DNA of 64,000 bases from Paragordius varius (GCA_964247055.1 OZ176056.1:2046001-2110000), one strand, 5' to 3'; positions 26,178 to 40,339 are shown, counted from the stretch's first letter. Numbers and translations are program-made. The notes: generated from the letters alone by a model not told the origin.

Positions 26178-29100
26178 TTATTCAGGTGGCGGCTTTAGAT
26201 TTCTAATGGCTTCTTCCAAAACTGCTAAAATTATGAATTAAATATAACATGAGCTAATATATATTGATAGTTTTGCTGCATGTTATATATATTTATCTAT
26301 ATATATACCTTTTGATATATCAGGATCCTCTGAGCCTAATGCATCTAGAATTATCATAAAAAATAGTTTATTTGGTTAAAGTGGAAAGTGTAGTAAATAA
26401 CAAATAAGATAATGTATTGAGTATTGTCAAATATTTTTTATATCTTAGGATGTATACTGTAAATAAAACTTCATTGTCAATTTATACCGAGGGCTTCAAA
26501 TTTTTAGTTCTTAATTATTTGGAGTTTTTTATGTGTGACAGGAATATCAATTTGCTTATATTACAATCGATAATAAATTACTTTCAACTCCTTGTGGAAA
26601 CATGGCGCCTATATCATTTAGAAAAATATATAAGTTATGCCATATAACCAACTATTTGATATATTTAAATTAACAATATTTTAATAAAAAAAATTATTTA
26701 ATTAAGTATTGTCAAGTTTTTTGATAAATTTTTTTCCTGCATTTTATTAAACAATTAATAAAAATTATAATATAAAAATTAATTACTTTCAGTTGCTTTG
26801 TCGATTAAATCTAATTTAAGGTAACATAATTATGGAAAAATGAAGCCCGCTATATATAAGGATCCTTTGTTGTTAAATGGATAAAAAGAATATCTTTAAA
26901 AATTGAATTTTGGTTTTTATAAATTAAGACCAAATATTTAAAGTATTTTTATTGAAAACACTCATTTTGGATTTATATAGCATGGATGTTCTTTCAAATT
27001 AAAACTATAAATATCCCTATATTGTGATTAACTTTTAGATATACAGTAAAAATTGGATTATACAGACTAAATGTAATTTCAAAATACAACCATACTTTTT
27101 ATACCTTTATTTTTCTTATATAAAATATTTACTACCCATAAAATATAAAATTGATTGTTTTTTCAATATTCATCAGATGACTTAAAAATAAGATTTGATA
27201 GTTGTCTTTTAGAAAAAAATGTCTACGTTTTGTCCGTGTACTTCCAATTTTTACTGTATTAGTAAAAAACTGATAAATAATAAAATGCTATTAAAAATTA
27301 ATTAAATTATTATAAATTTATTTTAAGCCTAAATAAAATTTTTTTGGGAAGTTGTTGCGTTTGTTAAAAAGATAATCTTTATGTCACCTTGAATAGTGTC
27401 CATCATATCTATATAAATATTGTTTAAAGCCAAAAATATTATTTTTATATATTAAAGTCTGCAATAAAATTAGACATGCAAAAAATATACTGCTAATGCG
27501 CTCTTTCAACGCTATATATATAATTTATTAAATTTGTTGAATTTTTTTCAATTTTTAGTATTATAAAGCATACATTTTATGGATATCTTCATGCCATCTA
27601 TGAAATAGATTACATAAATATTGAATTTACAAAACACAAAAAAGGTAATCTAACAAAAATCTTTCTCAAATATAAAAGAGTACTTGAAAAGTACATGTCA
27701 TTTTTTTCAAAATTAACAATTTTAATCCTATATGTGCGGTTGGAAAATCAGCGTGTCTCTGAAACCTAAATGGCTTAAATAAATATATTTTAAAAACCGG
27801 CAGTTTTAATAATTATTCGAATTTATTGTTATTAATAATTTAGGTGATTTTAAACTAATGTCGTCAATTAATACACAATAATTATTTTGAGCATTATATA
27901 AATTTCTTAACTTATCACAAAATTTATCCCAATGTGGACTCTTATAGTAATCTTTACATACAATTATTTTTTTTATTACACCAATGTTTAATTAATTATT
28001 AAAAATTACCAATTTTGGCCCGATCTATATTAAATTTAATGATTTAATTATAATTTTATAAATTATATTGCCATAAAAATTACTTATATTTTCTGGACCT
28101 AATCACGAAGTAAAAAATTTTAATAATTTTTATAATGAAAACTATATATAAAAATATTTTACTAATATTCCGCGTTTCCTCCAAAATGTTTTTTGAATCT
28201 AAATATATATAGGGATAATTTAAATTAAAGATATTTAAAAAGTAAAATTAAAATTGCTACAAAATAAACATAAAAATCATAGAAATAAGATTGGACCCTA
28301 AAATGTATTGAAGAGTATATTGTAATACAAAGCTATTTTAATTCAAAAATTAAAGATCATTGAGCAAAAATCGGTATTATATGCCAAAAAATTAAAAATT
28401 TGATGGTATAAAAAACTTTATTAAAGTCTTCAGTAGTTCTTGGGAAAAATACAATAAACATCATATCAAAAAAAAAATCTTTTTAAGTTATTTTGTCTCA
28501 AATCTCATGATTTTATAAACCATTTTTTCAAACGCAACTAATTCTAGCCAAATATTTAAAATGTTTCTTTTAATTGAAAAAATGTTGCGATGATTGAATG
28601 TTGCTTTTGATTGAAAATGGTATAATTATAATTAAACGGGCTTTTTTAAAATTCAAATTAAATTTTAAAATATCAAAATATATCAGCTGCTATAAAGTAA
28701 TTTTAAAAACCTTATTAAAATCTTTATAAATTATTATAACATTCGTTAAGATATAAAAAATTAGATTTAAGCTTTTTCGATTTTTATGTTTTGAAATTTT
28801 TGTTATTACAAATAGGGTAAAGCTTTTAAATGTTCTACATTTTAAAAGAGTTAAAACACAAAACATTTGTTTCTCTTGGTTACTTGCGTTTATTTATCTT
28901 TTAAGGCGCTGGCCTCTCATAAGGATTTAAGGGAATTTGAGAGTCCATCGCAGTGGTATTTCCTTATAAATTTTAACAGGCTGTATAAAAGCACTTTTAG
29001 GGCCGCGGTTTTAATTAATCTATTGGCTTTATGCAAAAACCTAAGTCTCTTAAAAGCGTACAAGGGGTAGAAATTCATAAACTACGCCAATTAAATAGAG

Positions 29101-32100
29101 TGAATATGAAGACTACTGACCCGATTTATTTAAATTATCCAGCATTATAATGACCACATAGGCAACTCAAGTTTTTAGTAAGACTATGTTTTTAAACAAA
29201 CTTCTCGATGAATTATATAATTGTTTTTTACAAATACTTTATGCTCAATTCAATTCATTAAAGATAAATAACTCTTTAAGAATGTGTTTATGAATAAATT
29301 ATACATTAACTTTATACTTTTTATCATCATTCTTCCAATAAATTTTAATTAATAACAGTTGAATTTAGGTTTATATTTTATAAAAAATATTTTTTGAATA
29401 GTAACCATTAAAGATATCGGTTCCAATGTTAAAAACTGGTATTAAAAGTTATACTATAAGCCAGGTTTTCCAAATTTTAAGAGATAAGCTGTTTATTTTA
29501 AATTTTTACAACCCGATTGTGATTATAAACGAGCAGAAACCATTGAAATTTCGGTTCCACTTTTTTTGACTTGGTTTTCCGGGCGTTAGTTTTCATGTTT
29601 TGTCCTTATAATTTTAATTTTTATTAATATAGATTATAAGTAAGACATATACCTTCCATAAGATTGGATCCTTCTGCAGATGTAAAATAAAATAAATATA
29701 TTTGATACATCAGTAAATTACTAAATACCTGTATTCAAATTTTCGACATCTGAAATATATGGTTTATATCATTAAAATCATAACGATATATGTGCAAAAA
29801 TGATTTTCAAAAATTGTTCAATTATCTTTATAAGATGTGTTTTATAAAAATATTTAATATATAAGAAATTTAGAATTGAAAAACATACGCTCCAATATTT
29901 GTCGGCCTATAAAATTAAAGTGAAATAAAAATCTTTTTTTTGAAAAAAAGTTAAATAATATAATTTTTTGAATTGTACCTTGAACGATTCTGTCATGACT
30001 AGTTTTAAATCTTTTGCCTTATGTAAAATATTATAAAAAGTATACTTGGTCGAAGTTCTAATTGATATAGAAACGAATTATAAATTGTTAATTTAACCTT
30101 AATCGTATTTAAGTCAAATTTATCCAATCTAAAATAAATTTTGATAGCGGTATTTTATGTGTTATTTAAAGTAATAAAAAGTTTTTTGGTTACCTTTTTT
30201 TCAGAAAAAATATTTTTTTTTAACTTAATGCTAAATTAAATGAAATTTACAATCACAAATGACTTTATAAAATTAATTAATTCACTTATGTTCTTTAAGT
30301 GCTGATTACCCAATTTTATTTTTTGAAATTAATAAATTAACCAAGATTTAATATGTTATAAAAAATGAAGTCTAGATTACTTATAAATATGAAATAATCC
30401 CTGTATTTAAACAATTTTTTTATTATTTCAAAAAATATCGGCTTTTGAAATATAAATATTTCTTTTTTGCATTAAAATGTAAGTTATACCGCTTATATCA
30501 TCCTCACCTACATCATAGTCTAAATTTAGGGAAATATATATATATGTATACTCCATCAGAACTGGAATCAACAAAAAATATGTGGAGTCTTAAGAACTAA
30601 CTTAATTTCGGCCTTAAAATTTGAATATTGTCAACTGACCTTAAGTTTATGCATTAATCTTTACAAGGATAATATAAATTAGCCAAATTTATAAAATAAT
30701 ATAATATTTCGTGATTATTCTTAAACTTTTATGTAAATTATGGTTTTTTATTGTCATACATCTTTTTAAAGATGTCTATTTTGATTGCATATTAATTAAA
30801 AGGTTAAAAAAATTTTCATCAGTTTTTTTGGAGACCTATTTTTATAATTTGGTTTCATGTTGTGTGATATGGAATCATACATTTCATAATTGATATAATA
30901 TTTAGCCGACCTAGGGTTAAACTGCTTATATGTTAAAAAACTTTGGTAGCAAAAAAATATATGTGCTAAAAAAGTTTGGTTTTTAAAATTATTTAAAAAA
31001 ATTACAAAACATTAATAAAGGTAATATTAATTAAATTAATACTGCAATTTTATCTAAAAATTGTACATCCACCATATCATATCATATTTTTAAAAATTTA
31101 TGAAAGGCACGGCTAAGGTAATATAAACTAATAATTTTTTTTTAAAAAATCTACTTCTTTGAAGACCGGATGGTCCAGGTTGGGGTTCTGTGGCCTCTGT
31201 TTAAAATATAATTGGAAAAAATAATATGTATATCATAAAAATATTTAGCTAGTATTTTAATTAAAACCTGATGTGCTTGGGGTAATTTTAGATATGGTAT
31301 TATCAGAACCTGAAGAAAATATATTTTTTAAATAAAAGTATATAAATCACAGCTAATTTTTCAACAACAATAGTATTTTCTAATTTTCTTATTTATATTA
31401 CCATAAAATAATGTATAAATAGATAGAGCCGAATTAAAAAAAACCTTCAGTTGATGCTGGATTTACACTGGGCCCTGATAAAAATTAAATATTTGCTTTT
31501 AGTTATAATTTTTTTTAATTTTTGAACATAAACCGCCAAAGATACTTAGCTTAGGGTATAATACAGTCAAAAAAAGTAAAAAATGTTTCTAAAAATAACG
31601 GTATCTGAACAAATTTTAAAATTTGTTAATTACTTTGTCATCAAAAATTAACACTAATTTGTCATTACCTGGTTCTAACTGAGCCAATTCGCCTCCATCT
31701 AGATTTTTAGATTTATTTTTAATCATATCAATATATAAAAATTTCCAAAATAGATTTTAATTGGTTTCAAATAGTTTACCGAAGCAAATATTTCAATTAA
31801 ATAATTTTATACAATTTGCAATGTGTTTAATTACTTATTGTAATATTGAAAAACCAAAAATTACAAAACAAAAAGTTATTTTTATATGAAACAATCTAAT
31901 TATTATATATATTATTACCAGTATTAGCAATTGTTTCAACCAATTTAGCTGCTTCAGTGATTTCCACTATTTCAAAAAAAATAAAATTTATAAACCAAAA
32001 TATAATTTATAATATATGGTTAATTTGATAATCAATTTTTATATAACATATAATTTTTTGATCAAATATACCTCCATCTAGAATATTTGGATTTGTAAAA

Positions 32101-35100
32101 GATTATTTGAGTTTTACCTGTGAGTACAGTAGCTAATGTTTAAAAATATTTATTATAAATTACATTTTTATATAATTTAAAAATAATAGAAATTATATCA
32201 TTGAAGTGACCGTTTTTTAACAAAGGAATTAGTAAAAAAATTTATTTAATTAAAATACTAAAATAAAGTTGCAAATTCATACAAAAATTAAATCACAAGG
32301 CTAAAACTTATGTTTTTATGTTTATATTAGGTGAATAACTTATCAAAACTCTCTTCGTAGATAACGAAAACTATATTAAAATGTTATATATATCAATTTT
32401 ATTAGAAAAAAAATGTGCTAAAATTATTGTTGTATAAAAAACAGAGTCCTTATACATTCTACCCGCCTTAAATGGCCTTCACAGCAAATTATAGTAACGC
32501 GCTAAAATATAATCTCATATTTCGATTGAATAGGATCTTGGCTTTAAATTATATTTGACTAGTTGTTAGGTTTTTGGGGACCTCATAAAGAGCAAAAAGC
32601 AATAAACTCAAATAAAATATAATCACTTTAAAACAAATTTATAGTTTTTGCAAATGTAATTTTCTTTATTCCTTAACGAATTTCTCGGTATGGTAATGTT
32701 GTCGGTTTAGAACGTATATACTGTTAATATACAAGTTTAAATGGGGTAACTTTAAATGCGATTAAAGAAAATAGGTAATGACTGGACTGAAACAATATTT
32801 ACATATTTTTAATTCATAAAATAAAAGATTCTAGCCAATAATTTTTAATTAAAATAGGGAGAGTTAGGATCAAATATATACATTGGATATATTCATATAA
32901 GCCAATATAATAAATTCATATCTTAAAAAGGTCAAATCAGTTAACCTCTTTGTAACAAAACTTGTTCTTTATGCAAGACTATGCTTTGTGATACTATACG
33001 GACAAAACGTACAAAAAAGGATTTCTTACAAAGTCAAACATTGATTTGCCCTAATTTTCCCCATTTTAATTTTATGTTTTTATTTAGTTTTTTAAGAATT
33101 TAAATCTCAATTTATCATTTTGTAAACGACAAAAGGCTGAGTTGATTTTCAATGTCAACATTTTAAGAAAGTGTTGTCTCTTATAGAAAGCCCTTCTTTG
33201 AGTTTTTCCGTTTTGTTTGTATGATTATGGTAAAATATTAATTTGAAAATAAAATTACATTTTACATTATAAAAATACCCGAACTTTTATCCAGTAATAT
33301 TAAAATATTTGCAATATAAATTAAATCATTATCGTTTACCTGCCACTGAAAATATTAAATAATATAACTTTATAAAAAATATTTTTGTGATATTTTTCGA
33401 ATTGGTAAATTTTAACCAAAAGAATTACACATTGCTGAGCCTAATATTTATCATTTTAAACATTATTAATAACTAGTTTGAAATATGGATGTAAAATTTA
33501 AAATTTTTTTGTCCATAACATATAAACAAATTTAAAGTTATAAAAAAATTAAATGAATTTTACAATAAAATAACTCACCAAAAAAATGTAAATAATTTAT
33601 CAATATTGGATAAAATATAATTTAGTTTTGATTATTTCTATATTTTTTTATTAATCTCAACGGTTAAAATTACTAACTTTTTTGTTTGATATAAAGCAAT
33701 TATGAAGAAATACCTTGTGGAGCTAAAGCACCTAAGAAGTTTAAAAAGCAAAATATATTTCGAGAGATACAAATATGTCGTACCAATTCCGATCGCTGCA
33801 ACAACTAATTTAAATCAATGAAATAAAATTAGTAATTAAATTTTTAAAACAAAACTCTTCGATATTTACACAAAAAATTTTAAATAACTGGTGTAATTAT
33901 TCTTTTCATGCTTATATAATGTAATCGTTAAAAATATGTTTAACCAGGGGTATCCTACACCGCAATCCTTCAAAACATTTTTGTGGATAATTATCAATTA
34001 AATATGAAATATAATGAATGGTAAAATATGCCCATAAAATTTTTAAATGTTGATATTTATTTTATTCAAATTTTTCTGGATATATTTTGCTAAATTGGTG
34101 AATTAGTATATATTAAGAACGCGATTACAGTAATGTTCCCTTTATTTTATCAAAAATTTATTTTTTTTTCGTTAAATTGGTATAAATAGTTGAAGAATGG
34201 AAAAGAGCTCTATGGTATTAACAATATCATATTCATCAAAAAAAAATATAAGAATTACCATAGAGCTTTTGTATTTTCAATTCTTTAACAAATATTTATA
34301 CCCATTTCACGAAAAAAAAAATTTTTAATAAAATAAAGGATACATGACTGTAAGTCGAAAATGCGTTCCATGAAACCATTTGTATTAATTACCCTGTTTT
34401 TTACCCACCTTAATATTATTTATTTGTATAAATTGTGAGTCAATCAAAATAATTAATTTTATTATATCTTAAAATGTATATTTAATGTTTTTATTTTAAT
34501 TGATTAATCCTTAATTCTTAAATTTTTTCACAATTAAAATTCAGGTAAAATGTGTTGAATATAAATGCCATTAGGTCTAATTATTTGTCCAAACTGTCCC
34601 ATTTAAGATGTATAAAATAAATGAAATATGAATAAAAATAGTATACCAGGAGAAGCAACTAAAAGTTTTTTTCCATCAATGCCAGGATCCTTTTTATATT
34701 AAATATACTTTTGTACTTGAGTCTGACCTTTGTAAATTGGGTTTGTTTTGTTGGGCCTTTCATACTTCTTCTAAAAATTATAACATTACTATAATTTTTT
34801 TTAATGCCAATTTCATATCACTGAATTTATTTCAAACATGTGGCCATGATTTTCAAACTTTTATTCACCAAAATTCTAAGCACGGAAAAATATCAGTAGA
34901 AAATCTTATAAATATAAAAAAATTACTAGCAAATTATATTTTTTTAGAATAATATGATGCAATATCAGTAAAAAATTAATTTATTAATGAATTTTCGTAG
35001 ATTTCTCTAACTTCTTCGGACCAACACAAAAATAAAGCCTGATTATCAATGTATTTTTAAATATAAATACCGTTTTATTAGGGTATTTCTTTATTTTCGC

Positions 35101-38100
35101 AGCTATATTAAAAATGAATAAAAATTATTATTTAAAAACATCACATTAAAATCTTTAACCATTTTGACAACACTTTAAAGAATGATTCGACATTATATTC
35201 CGAATTGGTGAAGGCACATATTTATTTTTTTATTTTTAATTATTATCGTTAAGCTTTTTTATTTTAAATAAGTGTACGTTCTTCATTCCTAACTATGAGC
35301 TTTTAAAAACTGCCCAATATCTGCATTTTCCAATTATAGAAACAAATTCATAAAGATCGTTGGTTATCATTGTGTACAAAGACCAAATAATGAGGTAATC
35401 AATTCCTTTACATAAAATAAGATATATACAATTGAGCAAAGGCAGTTAATATACATTATGCATTTTAATGGTTGCTTATTTTATAGTAGGGCAATTTTCA
35501 ACACAGTAGTGTTTGGAAAAAAGAAAGGAATAAATTGTTTATTCAACATTTTGTTGTTTTTTCCATACACTAATACTGTGTTGCAATTGCCCTACTATAG
35601 TGTGAAATGAGCAGCCATTAAAATGCATACTATAATAAAAATTTATATGATTATCTTTGTTAAAACACACTTTTACTTGTTTCTCCTGGCCCTGCCTAAA
35701 AAAGTATGATTAATTTTTGTAAAGGCTAAATATTTTATAGTAAAAATCGGAATTCTAAGACAAAACCTGAAAACATAAAGACCAATATTTTTTCAAAAGC
35801 AATCATATTTTTGAAATCTTAATTTATAAGTAGAATATATAAATTTTGTTACCAATATAGATCTCTATTAGACTTTGCAGTTTGAAACAATGAATTAAAA
35901 ATGAAATAAAATCTCAAAAACTATAGCCGTGTTGAAAAAATATTGGTATTTATATTTTTACGTTTTGTCTGTATAAGATAAATTTTTACTGTAAATATTA
36001 TTATACATAACATAAAAAGTTTTATAATTACGAGACCTGTTCATAATAATATTTATCCATCAACTGAGTTTCATTTGAATCTGAAAAAATAAAACAGATG
36101 ATACAATTATTTCCTTATTGGGACTGAACCCGGTTAAAATTTTGTGCTTGAAATTATTAAAAATAACAGTCAATACTAAAACAATTTTAACCATATGATA
36201 TCGTTTGAAATAAAATATGAATTTGACATATGATATTAATTTTATGACCAAATAAGTATTTTTAATAATATATATATGGTCAACCATTTAACTCTTTATA
36301 TTATTAAAGCGGAAATTGCATTTATAAGCAATAAGATCGTTATTTTTTAATCGGTCAAACCAAAATTTCTTGTATATGGTGTAAATTAAACAATGAATCA
36401 CTACAATACGTAGTTTAATATCATTTTATCATAAAACCAGGGGTATCCAACACAAATGGCTTCACAGGTTTTTGACTCAAAAAAATAGGCGGGCTCCGAA
36501 TATATATATATATATATATTTATATATAGTATAAATATTTGATCTTTTAATAAATATTACAATATACATCAATTTCTAGTTTATTGCCTATCGAATAAAA
36601 TAATTCAAAATTTTTTTTGAGAAATATTAATTTAATATTCATACTCATATTTTTTGAAAAATATTTTTCCAAATTTTCCCGTGTCTCACGAATTATCACG
36701 GAAGTGTTGGACACCCCTACTTTAAACCAAATGAAAATATTGCATATGCCATTTACAATTTAACTTCACTCCTGAACACTTAAATCACCCTAAAAATAAA
36801 TTAGGTATTTTCGGGCTAATATAACTCCTTATTAAAATGAAATTTATCTTATTAGCTTAGTTTAACTTTCAGTATTATTATGATTTTAAACAAAATTTTA
36901 TTCGTTTAAAATCTAAAAAATAAGGTTTTAATCTTACACTTAATTTATTTAAGGGTGTTGAATTGTTCGAGGGCGAATTTGTTTGTTTAAGGGGAATTTG
37001 AATTGTAAATGGTATATATAAAGATTATATATTGGATTCCAAAATATATTACTTATTCCAAATTCAGTAACAGACACGTTGGGTATTTTAGTGAGATTCT
37101 GCAAATTCAAAAATTTGAATTAAATAGATAATGATTGCCCAAATATAATTATGCTAACAAAAAAGGGATTATTTTTAATTATAACTTGTATATTTTCTGA
37201 AATCCCTTATAATAAATATATAAAATATAATGAAACAGCATTGTATTTGTAATGGGCGGTAATAAACAGTTTAAAAATTCTCATTTTCCTTTTTAAAAAT
37301 CTCTTATAATGTATGATTTAGAATCATACAATGTCCGGTTATACATTTTTTCCAGAAAAATTTATTTATAAAAAATATGGAATCAAGATTTGCCAATGAC
37401 AAACCAGCTGTATCAAAGACACTAAAACTAAAACCGAAATTAAAATGAAACCATAAAAGTTTTTTTTCAAAAATTATGGAACCAATTTTTAAAATAATTC
37501 TAATATCAACCATTGCGATACATATTTAAATATTTTTTTCGACAAAAGACTATATATATACTTTGTTCAATATCCGTTCTGGATTGATTAGTTTTAAGTG
37601 AATAACTGTCATCCTTGATCTCAATAACTAATTTACAATAAAATGTTAACTATATGTAAAAAATATAAATTAACTTTGGCTTATATATTTTTTTGATAAA
37701 AAATTTATTCATATTAGTTAATCATAAATAATAATATTCTGAAGTAATTTAACAAATTATAATCAGGTAAAAACATAAAGATATGTAAGTGTATATCCTT
37801 ACCGAATACAATCTGTTTACGATATGCTATATGATTTTATAAAAAATTTATTGAAATTCGTATAGCACAGATCAATATATAAAACCGGTCGATTGGCTTT
37901 GTAATACAATTATTTGCAAACTTTTATCAATATTTTAAAAAAATATACCATTAAATCATTTAAATTTAATCTTGAACACTTTAAATTAAGCCTCATGCAT
38001 TTTAAAATAACTCTAAAAAAATTATGTGTTTTTGAATATCTTAATTTCCCTAAATTTATGTATATAATAAAATTTTTACAATAGAAATGCCATGGTATTG

Positions 38101-39407
38101 AGAAATATGCAAATTAATAAAAAGTTAAAATTTCTCAAGATGAAGAGGTGTGTTATAATAAAATAAAACAATGATACCATTTAAAATTCAGATTTTTTTG
38201 CAATTAATATAAAGTAAATATGATTATTATTCATTAAGGATAAAACGTTTATAATTTTTTCATATTTTAAGCAAATATAATTAAATATATATTTTCTCAC
38301 TTTAAATACCACATTTTAGGTTAATCCCTAAGGGTTAAAGTTACGCATTAAATTATTTCATTGAAGTTTTAAACCAACTTTAAAAATACTATTTGTCACA
38401 TAATGCTCAAATAATACTGATGATGATTTGCTATATATATTGATTGATTTTATATATCGATTTAGTCAGATCTTTAATAAATTCCTAATTTATAGATTAT
38501 TAATTTATAATAACTTATGAAAATTAATGAACAATGTATGAAGGTCTGATATGTAGTGGAAACATAATTTTAGACGTATAATTTAATACAGTGGTTCCCA
38601 AAAGAGGGCAACTCCCCCCAAGGGTGGCGCGAAAAATTTGGAGAATTTAAACAAAAAATAAAATTATAAACAAAATGAAGGATATCAGGTGCGAATTATT
38701 ACGAATTGACGCCGATATGGAATAAATATTTCAAAAAAGGCAGATATAAGGATATTATTGATTGGGATTGTTCTAATATAATATATTTTACATAATCTCG
38801 ATTTTCTTTGAGAGGGACCTCAACAATTTTTATTTTTAATTTAGTGGGGCGTGAACAAAAAAATGTTGGGAACCACTGATCTAGTAGAAATTTCGTTTTT
38901 TATTTACTAAAATTGTGGAGGTGTGGTCGTAAAAAAGAAACCAAATGTATGATTGCATTTACAGTAAAAATTGAAAGAGGAGAAAACGTAAGAAAATATT
39001 TTTTTCCGAAAGAAAACCATACTTAATGAATCCTGTTTTTTAAATATAAATGGTTTATAAGTGCAAAGCATGAAATACAAATGCATACTAGAGTAACCCA
39101 ATCAATTTTATATCTTACAATCGTAAATAAATATTTTATATAAAAAATTAAGGTTTAAAAAGTATGGTTGTTGAAAACAATATTTTTATATTTTTACGTT
39201 ATTTTTGCTGTAAAAGAATTTTTACTTTATTAACTATCAGAAGACCATATCACTTAAAATATAAGTTTTACTGTGAAAATCTATGAATCTGTAAAATACT
39301 TTGGAAATTAAAAATTGACAAGATTTGCCATTTAAAGCAGTCAAAAAGTTTTTCTAAAAGCATAAATTCGCGCAAATTACCTGCCGTTTGACTTAGTAGA
39401 ATATATG
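26178..39407 (-). CDS. Candidate micro-exon gene (unknown protein), ~39 exons of 6-71 nt; start codon not found
   Basis: AG|exon|GT units with 3n length, phase 1-1: 39381-39407, 37803-37826, 37562-37627, 35278-35292, 34647-34658, 33784-33804, 33714-33731, 33429-33440, 33340-33345, 32946-32978, 32350-32370, 32118-32132, 32072-32077, 31919-31966, 31669-31698, 31445-31474, 31268-31309, 31155-31196, 30881-30910, 30490-30519, 30046-30057, 29889-29906, 29729-29749, 29653-29673, 29406-29435, 28163-28198, 28084-28098, 28010-28024, 27574-27597, 27491-27511, 27388-27408, 26787-26810, 26582-26608, 26309-26344. Compensating pairs: 36037-36080/35677-35695 and 27912-27951/27695-27765. Terminal exon 26178-26224 (VLEEAIRNLKPPPE*). 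The last two exons are conserved in copy 2. Confidence 0.7.
27044..27256. mobile_element. Tc1/mariner-like MITE (family 1), TA TSD
   Basis: ta-CAGTAAAAATTGGA...TCCAATTTTTACTG-ta, 14-bp perfect TIR. Degenerate relatives at ~9177-9495, 35738-35991 and ~52825-53140. Confidence 0.88.
34130..34345. mobile_element. ~200-bp foldback/palindromic element
   Basis: cctttattttat...aaagagctctatggta / taccatagagcttt...ataaaataaagg form imperfect inverted arms. Confidence 0.6.
35454..35632. mobile_element. Palindromic MITE (family 2)
   Basis: atgcattttaatgg...ccattaaaatgcat termini with an internal tagtgtttggaaaa / ttttccatacacta inverted repeat. Confidence 0.75.
36438..36719. mobile_element. hAT-like MITE
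   Basis: TIRs CAGGGGTATCCAACAC / GTGTTGGACACCCCTA. The 8-bp flanks cataaaac / ctttaaac match 6/8. A lone related end lies at ~33947. Confidence 0.75.
38589..38878. mobile_element. hAT (Charlie-like) MITE
   Basis: Perfect 13-bp TIR CAGTGGTTCCCAA / TTGGGAACCACTG. The 8-bp flanks atttaata / atctagta match 6/8. Confidence 0.85.
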
Positions 39408-40053
39408 CTATAAAATTATAAATTAATGTTCGCATAATATTCATCATCGGAATATTTAATAAAATACTTTTAAAAAAAAATATTTGGAATATTCACGTTA
39501 CAAAAACATTTTATAAGGTCAGTTATCTATAGTACAAGGTACGCTCCAACTACAATGTAATATATAAACATGATAACAAACATTCTTTCTTTAATGTTAT
39601 AACAGCCTAAGCAAAGCAAAGTTAAATTGCGTTTAAGATTAAAAAGTATTTTGCAATAATATTTAGTGAACAATTTTAATCAAAGGGATTTGTAAATCCG
39701 TGCGAAATAAAAGTATTAGGGCAGCAATATAAGTTTTTTAAGTAAATAAATATATAATTCGAAGCAAAAGACATCCTTTTTCACGTTATTTGAGGTTAAG
39801 TAAAATATTTAAATACTTATACTTGTAATATTTTAATTTTAAATGTTACGATTATGCCATTTATTATTTAAATTTCGCTAATTATGGAACATAAATGTAA
39901 AAAGGATGGATTAACGACAACTGATTCCTTCAAAATGAAGGCAGTCAGCTCAGCTCAAAAAACGTCAAATATTTTTAATAGAATTAAAACGCGTGACCAT
40001 TACAACCACCATATAATTAATTATTGCAATAAATATTGGTAAGAAGCAAAAAG

Positions 40054-40058
<5 letters not shown>

Positions 40059-40106
<48 letters not shown>
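40059..40106. repeat. (TA)n microsatellite
   Basis: Pure TA run. Others at ~9955-9983, ~54475-54521, ~57712-57746 and ~61255-61280. Confidence 0.95.
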
Positions 40107-40109
<3 letters not shown>

Positions 40110-40339
40110 AGAGAGAGAATTATGAGAAAATTTTACAATTAAAACTCTTAGTAAGCACGATCCACACGTATTTTAATATAAATTACAATATCGCAAAATA
40201 TATTAATTTATAAGATATTAACGAAAAACAACGTTTTTGATAAATTAAAGGAATTGAAAAAAATATATAAAATTACTAAAAATATTTAAACTAATATATT
40301 TTAATTTCGGAATTCAAATTATATAAAAATAATTATTCA

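Noticed and set aside
28867-29070. Plus-strand 67-aa ORF and a possible 24-nt intron within it
   Set aside because: No recognisable motif or supporting neighbours; it overlaps a minus-strand exon candidate that fits the micro-exon gene better.
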